Source: Octopus vulgaris
Taxonomy: Eukaryota
DNA length: 64,000 bases
Assembly (NCBI GenBank): GCA_951406725.2
Contig: OX597840.1
Coordinates: 20,584,001 to 20,648,000, forward strand
Direction: 5' to 3'
Position 1 is the first letter of the stretch; each line of letters begins with the position of its first letter. Shown here piece after piece: positions 42,067 through 56,365 of this stretch. A program made the translations under genes and the position numbers. The notes beneath the pieces are model-generated. The model had not been told where the DNA came from. It saw only the letters and a program-made list of their open reading frames with translations, and searched no databases.

Positions 42067-42756
42067 TTGGGTTGTCCGGAAAGTTCGTGCCGATTTATAG
42101 CAGCTTACCTTTCGACTTTTAGAACATGGTTGAGTCCATAAAATAGGATTTGACTACATCTCCATTTAGAGCACAGTTTAAGCTATCTTTTCGTGGTAGA
42201 AGGATTATGTTCCTATAACCTGTGTTAATTCTGTAACCCTTTAAAATGGAAGATAAGAAAGTTCATTTTCGGCACTTGATGCTTTGGGAACCAGACAAAA
42301 ATTGCTGCAGCTCGGCTGGGATGTGTTACCTCATCATACATATTCACCAGATATTGCTCCTTTCGAATTTCCACTTATTTAGGTCTCTGCAGCAATTTTT
42401 GTCTGGTTCCCAAAGCATCAGGTGCCGAAAATGAACTTTCTTATCTTCCATTTTAAAGGGTTACAGAATTAACACGGGTTATAGGAACATAAACCTTCTT
42501 TCACGAAAAGATGGCTTAAACTGTGCTCTAAATGGTAAAAATTTCAATTCCTTGGATGACGTAAAAAGATACCTTGACTTCTTTGCCATGAAACCACCTC
42601 AATTCTGGGAAGAGGGTATTTTCAAGTTAAAGGGAAGATGGAGACGCATTGTGCAACAAAATGGTTCATATTTGGTTGATTAAGAATGTAATGGCAAGTA
42701 TTTATTGACCCTTTTCTTTCCTTTAAAAATCGGCACGAACTTTCCGGACAACCCAA
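42067..42756 (+). mobile_element. Non-autonomous mariner (mellifera-like) with both TIRs
   Basis: TIR TTGGGTTGTCCGGAAAGTTCGTGCCGATTT at both ends; MEDKKVHFRHLMLWE, LGWDVLPHHTYSPDIAP..HLFRSLQ, FWEEGIFKLRGRWRRIVQQNGSYLVD*. Confidence 0.93.
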
Positions 42757-43052
42757 TGGAAACCTCATAGTGACAAACGAAGGTCTTAGTTTCTTTAATT
42801 GTTTCAGCCATTGGAGAATATATAAATCAGCGGTCCCTTATAAATTTTTAATCTATGAACCCCTTTGATTATTTTTCTATTCTGATGGACCCTAAACACC
42901 ATTTGAGGTTTAAAAACTAGTTTTATAGTTACATTTCTCAAATTTCCTATTTTGTTCTTCACACATTGACTTGTCGGAGGTTGAACTTTATGTAAAATGT
43001 TAGAGAAAGAAACATGGCTATTTCTTGTTATAAATACATCGATCTTTCATTT

Positions 43053-43441
43053 TTTTACTTGTTTCAGTCATTAGACTGCGGCCATGCTGGAGCACCGCCT
43101 TGAATTTTTAGTCAAACGAATCGAACCCCAGCACAATATTTTGTTATTTATATTTAAGCCCGGTACTTTTCTATCGGTCCCACTTTTGCCGAGCGCTAGG
43201 TTTCGGGAGCGTAAACACAACACCGGTTGTCAAGCGGTGGTGGGCGAGACACAAACACAAAGACAAACACACACACACACATATATATATATACGACGGG
43301 TTTCTTTCAGTTTCCGTCTACCAAATCCACTCACGAGGCTTTGGTCGGCCCGAGGCTATAGTAGAAGACACTTGCCCAAGGTGCCACGCAGTGGGACTGA
43401 ACCCGGAACCATGTGGTAGTAAGCAAACTTCCTACCACACA
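43053..43441 (-). mobile_element. SINE-A
   Basis: Match to other copies. Confidence 0.88.
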
Positions 43442-43619
43442 CACACACAGAGGCACACACACAACACAACACACGTGTCACGGACGGGCTAAACATAGAA
43501 AGGACAAACAAGGATAAAGTTAAGTTGATTATTTCGACCTCAGTGCGTAACTGGTACTTATTTAATCGACCCCAGAGAGACAGACAATCAGAGAGACAGA
43601 TAGATATATAGGATAGGAT

Positions 43620-43950
<331 letters not shown>

Positions 43951-44253
43951 CAGACAGACAAGATAGAAAATCGGCAAAGCAATATATTTATAGCTAGATA
44001 AACATACAAAATATATCGACACACAGACCGTCCGTCCGACAGACAGCCAGATAGACAGACAGACAGATAAATTGATAGACAAACAGACAGACAAAAAGAC
44101 AGTGACACAAAAGGTTAGTGAGTATATATATATTTTTTAATGTTTTTTTCTTCACGTTTTTTTTCTTTTTCTTTTCTTTTCTTTTTATGAATGAATGGAG
44201 AGAAAAGAAAGGCAAAACAAATACAAAACAAACAGCAATAAAAAAGTCACAAT

Positions 44254-44299
<46 letters not shown>

Positions 44300-45052
44300 T
44301 GGTAGTAAAGGAGGCGATAAAAGGCAATAGAAGATCTTAAAGAAAGAAAGAAAGAAAGAAGGAAGGAAAGAAAGGAAGAAGGAAAGGAAGAAGTGTAAAG
44401 AAATGAAACATGCAAGTCATACAAACACATATATATACATACATGCGTATGTATATATATATATATATATGTATGTATGTACATACATACGTATAGACAT
44501 ACATACACACATTCATACACTCATACTCACACATATACATACATATATATATATATGTTCTTTCTTGCATATATATATATATATATATATATATAATGTA
44601 CACATACGTACATACATACATACATATACATTTATATATAGATGGATAGATAGATATACATACTTTCTTACACATACATGCACACATTCATATATAGACG
44701 TGTATATATATATATATATATATACATACGTGCATGCATACATACATACAAAACATATACACATATATGTATACATTCATACATATAGACGCACATGCAT
44801 ACGCAAATATATTTTATGGTCATAAGTACATAAACACACACACACACACACATATGTATACTCTCTCACACACACAGACATATATATATATACACATATC
44901 TATAAAAGTATAAACACATTCATACATACAAATATATGTATATATATATATATCAAACCATCAGTATATAGATATAGTTATATACATACGTACATACGTT
45001 CATATTTAAATTCATATACATATGTGTGTGTGTGTGTGTGTATGGCTGCGAA

Positions 45053-45083
<31 letters not shown>

Positions 45084-45713
45084 AACTCATGTATAGATAT
45101 ATACATATATGTATACGTTCATACATTCATACATACATACATACATACATATATATATATATCTATAGACATACATATATGCCTGTGTGGGTGCGTGTGT
45201 GTGAGAGCCTTTTACTATATGTATATATATATATATATATATCTACCTATAAACATACACACACATACATACACACCCGTGTGTATGATCTTTTTGTTCA
45301 TGTATATGTTTATAACAACAGAACAATGTTAAAACCCATGTTGTTTAAACTGTGCGTGGATAATCGAGTAAAAATAGCGGTTCGACAAATGGCGAATAAT
45401 AAAATCCACCGGAGCCGCGCTCATTGAGATCACTTTTGGACAAAGCCATTTGGATAACAACAACCGGCTCACAACACAAGATCAAGAACTTCGGATCCAA
45501 TGATAACAATAAGCGTTTGATAATATTATTGGAGATCCATAATAAGCAGCTTGCGATGTCTATATGGGATTGAAGTAATGCCAGGGTTGATAGGAAAGAT
45601 CACAACACGATGCCCCAGTATGGCCACAGTCCAACCATTGGATGCATGGATGCAGCAGACGGCCATTGTATTACATACATACACACACATACATACGTAC
45701 ATACGTACACATA

Positions 45714-45816
<103 letters not shown>

Positions 45817-45921
45817 TATATATATACATTACATCCGCACATATATATATATATATATATATATGCATAAACACACATACATGTATGTATGTATGCATGT
45901 ATATGTATTTGAGCGTATGTG

Positions 45922-45970
<49 letters not shown>

Positions 45971-46043
45971 TATATATCTTGGTTATAAGATCATAAATGA
46001 GAAGAGTATATACCCTATAATATATAGAGCAGTTATATGTATT

Positions 46044-46078
<35 letters not shown>

Positions 46079-46242
46079 CCAATCTATCTATCTATCTATC
46101 TATCTGTCTGTCTATCTATCTATCTATCTATCTGTCTATCTATCTATATATCTATATATCTATCTATATATATATATATCTACCTATCTATCTGTCTGTC
46201 TATCCATCTATCTATCTATCCATCTATCTATCTCTCTATCTA

Positions 46243-46289
<47 letters not shown>

Positions 46290-46556
46290 ATCTATCTATC
46301 TATCTATTTGTCTGTCAGTCTGTCTCGTTAAATGACACTCGGAAAAATAAATTCATTTCCCACCACAAACACAAAAGCCAAAAGAAAACAAGAAAAGAAA
46401 AGAAAACTAGAAAAATAACCAGTAATAACACAACAAACAATAAAAACAAAAACAACAACAAAAACAATAATAATAACAATAATAAATAATAATAATAATC
46501 CTGATAAATAAATGAAAAAAAAGAAAAGAAGAGAGACTGTGGTGTTGGTTATTTAC

Positions 46557-46677
46557 CTTCAATAAAGGCCTGAGCGTGGCTGAGTGTAATACACCTCTGT
46601 AGTAAGAGTAATAATAATAATATGGAGAGGCTGGATAGGCTGCTGGTAAAATCCGGCTGGCACGGCGCCGTGTACAT
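46557..46677 (-). CDS. Candidate first coding exon of a secreted or membrane protein (signal peptide)
   Basis: ataATG start; MYTAPCQPDFTSSLSSLSILLLLLLLQRCITLSHAQAFIE(G); hydrophobic core then SHA-Q cleavage-like site; AAG|GTAAAT donor in phase 1; CpG-rich upstream sequence. No downstream exon identified. Confidence 0.45.
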
Positions 46678-48504
46678 TATAAATGACTTGACCACACGGT
46701 GGTCGGGATCAAATTGTCGACGGAGACACACACACACACGCACCGGTCTGTGTGTGCGCGTGTGCGTGTGTATGGGTATGTGTATGTGTACGTAAGCGCG
46801 CCGCGCGCGTGTGTATGTGTGTGTATGTGTGTGTATGTCTGTGTCTGTGTCTGTGTTTTTTGTGTGTAAACGGCTCCTCCTCCTCCTACTCTCACGACGA
46901 CGACGACTCCCACCACCCCTCCCTCCTTCCACTACGGCGCTCGCCTTCGTTTTTTTCCTTTTTTTTTACCGTGATTTTTTTCTTACCGTCTGTCTGCTCT
47001 CTCTCCCTCTCTGTATCTCCCTTTCTTTGTCTCTCTCTCTCTCCCTCTCTGTATCTCTTTCTTTCTCTCTTTCACTCTCCCTCTTCCTCTCTTAGTCACT
47101 CTCTTCCTTGTTTCTCCTTTCTCCCCCTCTCTTTCTCCCTGTGTAGTGTGAGCTTGCGTTGTTTCATATATGTGTATTTATACTCACTTCATAAATATGT
47201 ATGCATGTATCTCTCTCTTTCTCTCTCTTCCTCTCTATCTCAGTCTATCTCTTTCTCCTCCTCCTCCTCCCTCTGTCTACCAACCTCCCTGGTGTGTGTG
47301 TGTGTGTGTGTCGTTTGGTATATGTATGCGTGCAACTCTCACTCTCTCTCTCTCTCTCCTTCCCTCTGACTGTTTCTCTCTGCTCCCTTTCCTATCTATC
47401 TATCTATCAATCATTCTGTGATGTGTGTGTATGTGTGTGTATTGTTTTGTATATGTGAATGTACGTGTCTCTCTCTCTCCCCTATTTCTGTCTCTCCTCT
47501 CTCTTTTTTCCAACTCCCTCTGACTATCACTCTCTCTATAATCTTTGTATGGATATGTGTGTGTGTGTATTGTTTGGTATATGTGTATGTACACCCCTCT
47601 CTCTCTCACTCACTCCCATGTCTCTGTCTCTCTCCCTCTGCTTCTCACTCTCTATATGAGAGAGTGTGTGTGTTTCTCTGTGTGTGTGTGTATGTCTTAT
47701 TTTCCCCTCTCGTTCCTCTGTATCTCTTTATGTGATGTCTCTATGTGTATCTTGTGTGTGATGCGACGGTGGGCGCGATGTTGCGTAGTTTTCTGAGAGA
47801 GGGAAGGGGAGGGTGTAAGAGACGATGTGTTGTATGCGTGTGTATGTGTGTGTGTGTGTAGTTTGTAGTGTGTGCGTCTATGATTGACAATAAATTCGTG
47901 CATGCGTGCGTGCGTGCGTGCGTACGGCTGGGTGGTGACGACGGTAACGTTGTGTGTGTGCGTGTGTGTGTGTGTGTCTAATACTATATGTGCGTTGTTA
48001 TTGTTGTTGTTGGTAGTGGCGGTGGAAGTGCTACTGTATGTGTGTGTGTGCGCGTGTCTATGTGTGTATGTGTGTGTACGAGTGTGTATGTGTGTGTGTG
48101 TGCGTGTGTGTGCCGTATAGGCACGCAGACACGAACACGCATTCCCACACACACCTCATACAGACATAAGCACAGACTGTCTCCCCCTCCCTTTCTGTCT
48201 GTTTCTCTCCCTCCTTCTATCCCTCTCCCCCTTCCTCCATCTCTCTCTCGCCTTCCCTCCCTCTGTCTGTCTTTCTTCCTCCTTTCCCTCTCTCTTCTTC
48301 CTTCCTCTCTCTCTCTCTTTCCCTCCCTCCCTCCGCCTGTCTCTTTGTCTGTCTGTCTCTCTTCCTTCCACCCCGGTGATGTTATTAAATTCTCAAATAC
48401 GGTTCCACCATTGGCTGGGTATTTGTGTATATTTGTGTATATAAAGAGGCGTGTTTATATACGCACATACATACACACACACACACATGTATATATATAT
48501 ATTC

Positions 48505-49193
48505 TTTTATTCCTTTATTTGTTTCCGTCATTTGACCGCGGCCAAGCTGGAGCACTGCCCTTTAGTCGAACAAATCGGCCCCAGGACTTATTCTTTGTAA
48601 GCCAAGTACTTATTCTATCGGATCTCTTTTGCCGAACCGCTTAGTTACGGGGACGTAAACACACCAGCATCGGTTGTCAAGCGATTGCGGGAGAACAACC
48701 ACACACACACAAACACATACACATAGACATACATACATACATACATACTTACATATATATATATATACACGACGCGCTTTTTTACTAAATCCGCTGACAA
48801 GACTTTGGTCAGCTATGTGTGTGTATGTAATGTGTGTGCGTTTGTGTCTGTATTTGTCCCCAACACCACTTCACAACTGGTGTTAGAATGTTTACGTCCC
48901 CATAACTTAGCAATTTGGCAAAAGAGACCGATAGTTCAATCGGATCTCTTTTGCCGAACCGCTAAGTTATGGGGACGTAAACACCCCAGCATCGGTTGTC
49001 AAGCGATGTTGGGGGGGGGTGTTCAAACACAGTCTCATACACACACATATATATATACAACAGGCTTCTTTCAGTTTCCATCTACCAAATCCACTCACAA
49101 GGCCCGGGGCTTTAGTTGCACAAGATTCCACGCAGTAGGACTGAACCCGGAACCATGTGGTTGGTAAGCAAGCTGCTTACCACACAGCCACTC
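48505..49193. mobile_element. Nested SINE-A pieces in alternating orientation (-, +, -)
   Basis: 48505-48810 minus, 48850-48933 plus, 48938-49193 minus. Confidence 0.8.
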
Positions 49194-49218
49194 CATATAT
49201 ATATATATATATATATAT

Positions 49219-49402
49219 AGGTCCCGGGTTGATTCGGGGTTAACCACAGTAAGTAAGGTACTCAATACATAGCAGAGTAAAATTAATTTATTATATAGAA
49301 GGAGCTTCTACAGGACTAGTACTGTTTCATTCAAGAGAAATCTTCAAGATTTCTCTTGAATGAAACAGTACTAGTCCTGTAAACTCCTTCTATATAATAA
49401 AT
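49219..49402 (-). mobile_element. PLE-like H6 palindrome plus unique tail in (TA)n
   Basis: Palindrome 49286-49402 centred at 49345; each arm holds AAGA tttc-tctt-gaat GAAAC agtacta GTC. Confidence 0.7.
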
Positions 49403-49548
49403 ATATATATATATATATATATATGTATAGAGAGAGAGAGAGAGAGAGAGAGAGGTTTCCATTAATACATAATTTTCATATTAATTGATAACATTATAGA
49501 GAAGGTAATGTTATCAATTAATATGAAAATTATATATTAATGGAGAAC

Positions 49549-49617
<69 letters not shown>

Positions 49618-49924
49618 GAAAATAAGCAACAAGGATATCCAGAGGTATTGCAGTACGATCGTTTCATGCGACTCCATTTTATTGAACAATGCAAATATTA
49701 CATCAATTTAAGATCTTCAGATACACAAAAATATAGAATTTAATTAAATTCGAAGGACTCATTCGTATAATTTTATCCAAAATCACCATATATATATATA
49801 GATTGGAAGCAGGATGCGGAATTGCAGATATCGACACAGGAATATGCGAAATCGGGCATTCAATCCGAACCCTGCCCTTACCATATTTCTGTAGAAATAC
49901 ATTGTTTGTATAAATTAATTCTGA

Positions 49925-50750
49925 AAAGAATGGTTTTACTTGAGTTCTCCAGCCTGCACTGAATGGGTCCACTGCTAAATGTTGCAAGGCAGGGATCAGA
50001 ATTGGTGTTGCGAAGACTGAGACATTGGTCCTTTCAAGAAAGTCTTCCCAGGGCACTTTGCAGCTTACTCTTTTACTGTTTTACTTTTTACTTGTTTCAG
50101 TCATTTGACTGCGGCCATGCTGGAGCACCGCCTTTAATCGAGTAACTCGACCCGGGACTTATTCTTTGTAAGCCTAGTACTTCTTCTATCGGTCTCTTTT
50201 TGCCGAACCGCTAAGTTACGGGGACATAAACGCACCAGCATCGGTTGCCAAGCAATCCTAGGGGGACAAACACAGACACACAAACACACACACATACATA
50301 TATATATATATACATATATACGACGGGCTTCTTTCAGTTTCCGTCTACCAAATCCACTCACAAGGCTTTGGTCGGTCCGAGGCTATAGTAGAAGACACTT
50401 GCCCAAGGTGCCACGCAGTGGGACTGAATCCGGAACCATGTGGTTGGTAAACAAGCTACTTACCACACAGCCACTCCTGCGACTATGTGGAACATCTTTG
50501 AGATAATTGGAGAAGTTTAAGCATCTCAGAAGAATATACATTAGAGATGAGAAGCAGGAGGCTGGAATTGCAGATTCTGGCACCCAGTGCTGTGCCAGCT
50601 TGATCATTTGATTCTCAGAAGAGGAGAGATTGGTGAAGAAGAAGCCAAACTTGGTTTCTTCAAATTGGTTTGTGTAATTATCCTCACCTTTGGTCCTGAA
50701 TGTTGGGTAATGAGCGAAAGAGTACAATCAAAAATTAATCAGATCGATCG
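49925..50750 (+). pseudogene. RTE (Expander-like) reverse transcriptase fragment split by SINE-A
   Basis: LQPALNGSTAKCCKAGIRIGVAKTETLVLSRK | LEKFKHL..AKLGFFKLVCVIILTFGPECWVMSERVQSKI. Confidence 0.75.
50086..50481 (-). mobile_element. SINE-A, full length
   Basis: Complete copy. Confidence 0.92.
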
Positions 50751-50870
50751 TACCAGTCTGTCAGAACTCACATCATGGGCCTTGGTTCGTCACCCTGAGC
50801 AACCCAACGAAATTTAATAAGCAAATTAATTAATTAATTAATTAATTAAAAGGTAACTAGTATTTGTAGT

Positions 50871-51148
50871 GGAGGCGCGTGGCTTAATGGTTAGGGAGTT
50901 GGACTCGTGATTGTAAGACTGTGGTTGAAGTTGTAAAAATATTAAAGTTTCTTTCTCGAGTCGTACCGATTCATAAGGTCCGTATTTCCCGCTCTCCATA
51001 GCGTATATATTCCTCGCCTGGACGGGGGCGCCGGTCCATCGTAAGGGTTACTCCTTTTTGCCAGCTGAGTGGACTGGAGCAACGTGAAATGAAAGGTTTT
51101 GCTGAAGAACACACCGCGTCGCCCGACCCAAGAATCGAAACCACAATC
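50871..51148. mobile_element. SINE family D-related: head on plus (50871-50925), body on minus (about 50950-51148)
   Basis: Head ends GACTGTGGTT; minus body starts GATTGTGGTTTCGATTC. Confidence 0.7.
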
Positions 51149-51174
51149 GTCGCAACAAGTGTGAGAACCTGAGA

Positions 51175-51270
51175 GGGGAATCCGTTGAATACAATCATAA
51201 TTAACTGATCCTCCAATCCCCCCTGGATTTTCTTTTAACGGAAGCCAGGAACTTTCCAGCACCATTTTGT
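51175..51270 (+). mobile_element. Mariner right-end remnant
   Basis: AAGCCAGGAACTTTCCAGCACC..TA resembles mariner TIRs. Confidence 0.4.
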
Positions 51271-51297
51271 ATATGTGCATGTATGCATGCGTGTGTG

Positions 51298-51329
<32 letters not shown>

Positions 51330-51546
51330 TGTATGTATGTATGTATGTATGTATGTATGTATGTATGTATGTATGTATGTATTTATGTATGTATGCATGT
51401 ATGTATGGATGGATGGATGGATTTGTGTATGAATGTATGTATGTATGTATGTATATATGTATCAGAAGGTATGCGCGTTCATGTGTATGCATGTATGTCT
51501 ATTTGTGTGTATGTATGCATATGTTATGTAGTATGTATACATATGA

Positions 51547-51592
<46 letters not shown>

Positions 51593-51612
51593 ATTTTGAG
51601 CGTTTGCGGATT

Positions 51613-51644
<32 letters not shown>

Positions 51645-51934
51645 TGGGAGGGAGAGAGAGAAAACAAATGAAATAAAGAGAGGGGCAAAAGTAATGAGAG
51701 AGAGAGAGAGACAAGGAGAGAAGGGGGAAGCCTCGGAAATTTCACCCCCCAACCCCCAACCCCATTGATCTTTTTACCCGCGCGATTTTCACTAAGGAAA
51801 AAAAATATAAATTAAAATCGCGCCCAAACTAATTTTTGTGTGTGTTGCGGGGTGAAGAAGATGAACGATTTAAAATCAATAAATAAGCAATTTAAAATAA
51901 ATATATCTTAATTGTTGTGTGAGAAATTACATAT

Positions 51935-52092
51935 AGGAGTGGCTGTGTGGTAAGTAGCTTGCTAACCAACCGCATGGTTCCGGGTTCAGTCCCACTGCGT
52001 GGCACTTTGGGTAAGTGTCTTCTGCTATAGCCCCGGGCCGACCAATGCCTTGTGAGTGGATTTGGTAGACGGAAACTGAAAGAAGCCTGTCG

Positions 52093-52125
<33 letters not shown>

Positions 52126-52330
52126 ATGTGTTTGTGTTTGTCCTCCTAGCATTGCTTGACAACCGATGCTGGTGTGTTTACGTCCCCGTCACTTAGCGGT
52201 TCGGCAAAAGAGATCGATAGAATAAGTACTGGGCTTACAAAAGAATAAGTCCCGGGGTCGATTTGCTCGACTAAAAGGCGGTGCTCCAGCATGGCCGCAG
52301 TCAAATGACTGTAACAAGTAAAAGAGTAAA
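51935..52330 (+). mobile_element. SINE-A, full length
   Basis: Complete copy. Confidence 0.92.
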
Positions 52331-52521
52331 AAAGAGTATATTCTGATGATAAAATATCGTCTCTTTCAAAAACATCCTAAATTTATAGACTATATCTTGT
52401 GTGTTTAAGAAAAAAAACATGTTACAGAAATAAATTTTCCAGAGTGTAATTACACGGTCGTTATTAAATATACCCCCTCATCCCCCACTTCTTTCCGAAC
52501 CAAAATAAGGGATTTGCAGTA

Positions 52522-53005
52522 CATTCTTTTCTACTCTAGGTACAAAGCTAGAAATTTTAGGAGAAGGAGCTAGTCGATTACATCGACCCCAGTGCGTAAC
52601 TGGTACTTAATTTAATCGACCTCGAAAGGATGAAAGGCAAAGTCGACCTCGGCGGAATTTGAACTCAGAACGTAACGGCAGACAAAATACCTCTAAGCAT
52701 TTCGCCCGGTGTGCTAACGATTCTGCCAGATCGCCGCCATTTTACTTGTTTCAGTCATTTGACTGCGGCTATGCTGGAGCACCACCTTTAGTCGAATAAA
52801 TCGACCCTAGGACTTATTCTTTGTAAGCCTAGTACCCGTTCTATCGGACTCTTTTGCCGAACCGCTAAGGTTACGGGGACGTAAATACACCAACATCGGT
52901 TGTCAGGCGATGGTGGCGACAAGTACAGACACACACACAAATATATATATATATATATATATAAACGAGGGCTTCTTCCAGTTTCCGTCTACTAAATCCA
53001 CTCAC

Positions 53006-53007
<2 letters not shown>
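52522..53007 (-). mobile_element. SINE-B (52522-52738) abutting a 5'-truncated SINE-A (52741-53007)
   Basis: Direct match to both families. Confidence 0.88.
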
Positions 53008-53097
<90 letters not shown>

Positions 53098-53114
53098 TAG
53101 ATAGAGATAGATAG

Positions 53115-53197
<83 letters not shown>

Positions 53198-53385
53198 CGC
53201 AAAACAAATTCCTCAAGCCAAACTAACCAGTAGGAGACCTCAGAATGGACCAAGAACGAGATCGTTGGATGACATCCATAGACTTAGTTGGTTACATTTG
53301 GGTATCTGGCCGGAAAGTGTAGTATTAGCCGCTTCGTACAAGACCCCCAACAACTCTGCCAGGAATAATGGGTGGAGAAAATAGA
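53198..53385 (+). mobile_element. RTE (Expander-like) ORF C-terminal fragment
   Basis: [34 protein letters not shown] matches GxRPRGRPRTRWxDxIxxLxWxRLGIxP. Confidence 0.65.
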
Positions 53386-53704
53386 TCGGTCGATTGATGT
53401 TGCACAGCCATATAGGAAGCTGAGACTTATCTTCATGTTTTGGTACTAAACATAACACGACGAGACACGTAGGATGGAGAATCGCTGAAGAGGTCACAGG
53501 AGGTGTGACGAAAGATTTTAGACAAAGGACAGTTAAATACGAACAATGTTAAATCTGAAGTGAAGAACGAGTATACAGTGCGTGTGTTTATTTGGCAAAA
53601 AAAAAATATGACCGTCCCGATATATAACAGTTACTTATATTACCAAATCCAGAAAATTTCAAAGACAAAGCTGACCTTTGAGCGGAACTTTCAGTGGAAC
53701 TTAA

Positions 53705-53952
53705 GTCTGCGGCCATGCTGGGGCACCACCATGAATATGTTTTAGTCAGATGAATCGACCCCAGCTTTTACTCTTTCTTTTGTTGTGCCTAGTACACATT
53801 CTATCGACACCTTTTGCTGAGCCGCTAAGTTACGGGGATGTAATCACACCATCGGTTGTCAAGCGGTGGTGGTCGGGGGACAAACACAGATACAAAGACA
53901 GGCAGACAGACACTTCTCACTCTTCACCCTACCACACACACACATCATACCA

Positions 53953-54010
<58 letters not shown>

Positions 54011-54170
54011 TACACACACACAACAGGCCTCTTTCAGTTTCTGTCTACCAAAATCCGCTCACAAGGCATCGGTCGGCCAGAGGCTACAACAGAAGACACT
54101 TACTCAAGGTGACTCGTAGTGGGACTGAACCCGGAACCATGTGGTTGGGAAGCAAACGTCTTTACACACA
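53705..54170 (-). mobile_element. SINE-A, diverged
   Basis: Match to other copies. Confidence 0.8.
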
Positions 54171-54245
54171 GACACATCGGTGGGAATCGAACGCAGTCTA
54201 CAGAAAGCCAAAGTCTATCTACTGGTCGATCAACTTACCCGCCGG

Positions 54246-54316
<71 letters not shown>

Positions 54317-54324
54317 CTTTTCTA

Positions 54325-54377
<53 letters not shown>

Positions 54378-55522
54378 CTATCTATCAGTTTCTCTGTCTG
54401 CCTGTTTGACAGTCTGTCTCTTTCTCTTACTGCCTCTCTTTCTCTCTCTCTCTTTACCTCTCTGTCTATCTGTCTATCTCTCTCTCTTTCTTACTCTCTC
54501 TCTCTCTCTGACTTTCTCTAAACTATCTGTTAAAGAACAAAACGACGACGACGACAACGATGATGACAGTGATGACAATGAGGATGATGTTGGTGATGAC
54601 GATGTTGATGATGATGACGACGGACGACAACGACGACAACGATGTTAATAATAGAGATGGTGGAGGTAACGACGACGGGAAAGATGGGGGTTTATGGAGG
54701 GAAGACGAGAACGAAGATGAGGAGGGGTAGGAGATGTAGTGATTAGCGAGGAGGGAGGAGTTGATGCTGTTAAGAGGGAGGGGGAATAGGTGTTGCGTAG
54801 GGTGAGGAGCAAAAATAATCAAAGAAGCAGACGACATCCGAGATACGGCAACACTGAGGGAGGGAGTGTGGTAGGGGGATGAGGAGCGAATGAAGGAAGA
54901 GTAGAGAAGGGGGAGGGACATGCAGAGACAGACACACGCACACGTATGCGCACTCCTACACATGCACACGCACACACACACACTCACATACACACATGCA
55001 CACATACATGCACACACGCATAAGCACTACTACAAACACGCACGCGCACAGACACACACACATCACTGCACAACACAGACACACATAAACACACACACAC
55101 ACACATGCATGCACATACACACACATCATACATACACACACACACAGACACACATACGCATACAGATGCAGGCAGGCACACTCACTCAAAACAACATAGA
55201 CATACACACACACACGCAAACGCATACACACGTACAGATATGCATACACAAACATACACACACTCTGATATACACACATACACTATTACATACCATACAT
55301 ACATACCATACATACATACACGCACAGCCACAAACACATATACATAGACGTATATACACAGACATATGCAGAGATACATACATGTGTGCACACACACACA
55401 TACATACATACATAAGCATATATACATACATATATACATACATACTTATAGACACACTGAAACACACAGACATACACTCCACCATGAGGTTGCAAAACTA
55501 AAAAACGGCGGTCAAAGTACAT

Positions 55523-55565
<43 letters not shown>

Positions 55566-55570
55566 TGCAT

Positions 55571-55601
<31 letters not shown>

Positions 55602-55989
55602 TACACACACACACACGCATGCAGGCGCGCGCGCATACAATCATTGTCGTACACACACATACACACACATTCAGAAGGAGAGCGAGTTAGGGAGAAAGTG
55701 AAAACAAATGTAATAGAGAGAGAGGGACAGAGAGGGAGAGGAGAGAGAGAGAATGAGGTACGGAAGGAGAGATAGACAGAAAGAGAAGGAAGTGAAAACT
55801 GAAAGAAAGAGAGAAACAGAAAGAGACAGAGAGAGAGGGAGAGGCAGAAAGAGAAGGAAGCGAAAACTGTGGAAGAAAGAGGCATGAAAGACAGAGTGGA
55901 CGAGAGAAAAAGAGAGAGAGAATGAGAGAAGAGAGTGAGAAAGGGAGAAAGAATGATGGAGCGAGAGAGAAAGCGATAGACAGAGAGAC

Positions 55990-55993
55990 AGAC

Positions 55994-56048
<55 letters not shown>

Positions 56049-56049
56049 C

Positions 56050-56085
<36 letters not shown>

Positions 56086-56110
56086 TAGATAGATAGATAG
56101 ATAGATAGAT

Positions 56111-56150
<40 letters not shown>

Positions 56151-56183
56151 CAGATAGATAGATAGACAGATGGATAGATAGAT

Positions 56184-56255
<72 letters not shown>

Positions 56256-56288
56256 CAGATGGATAGATAGACAGACAGATAGATAGAT

Positions 56289-56363
<75 letters not shown>

Positions 56364-56365
56364 TT
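55990..56365. repeat. (GATA)n microsatellite
   Basis: Seen directly. Confidence 0.95.

Noticed and set aside
46330-46500. Second exon after a 56-nt intron following the signal-peptide exon
   Set aside because: An acceptor-like tract exists, but the would-be exon is (TTA)/(TTG) microsatellite ending in a stop.
49650-49725. Additional hammerhead on minus strand (CTGAAGA..GAAAC GATC GTA), and TTGAAGA..GAAA near 13436
   Set aside because: Stems I and II cannot be paired convincingly; at most decayed remnants.
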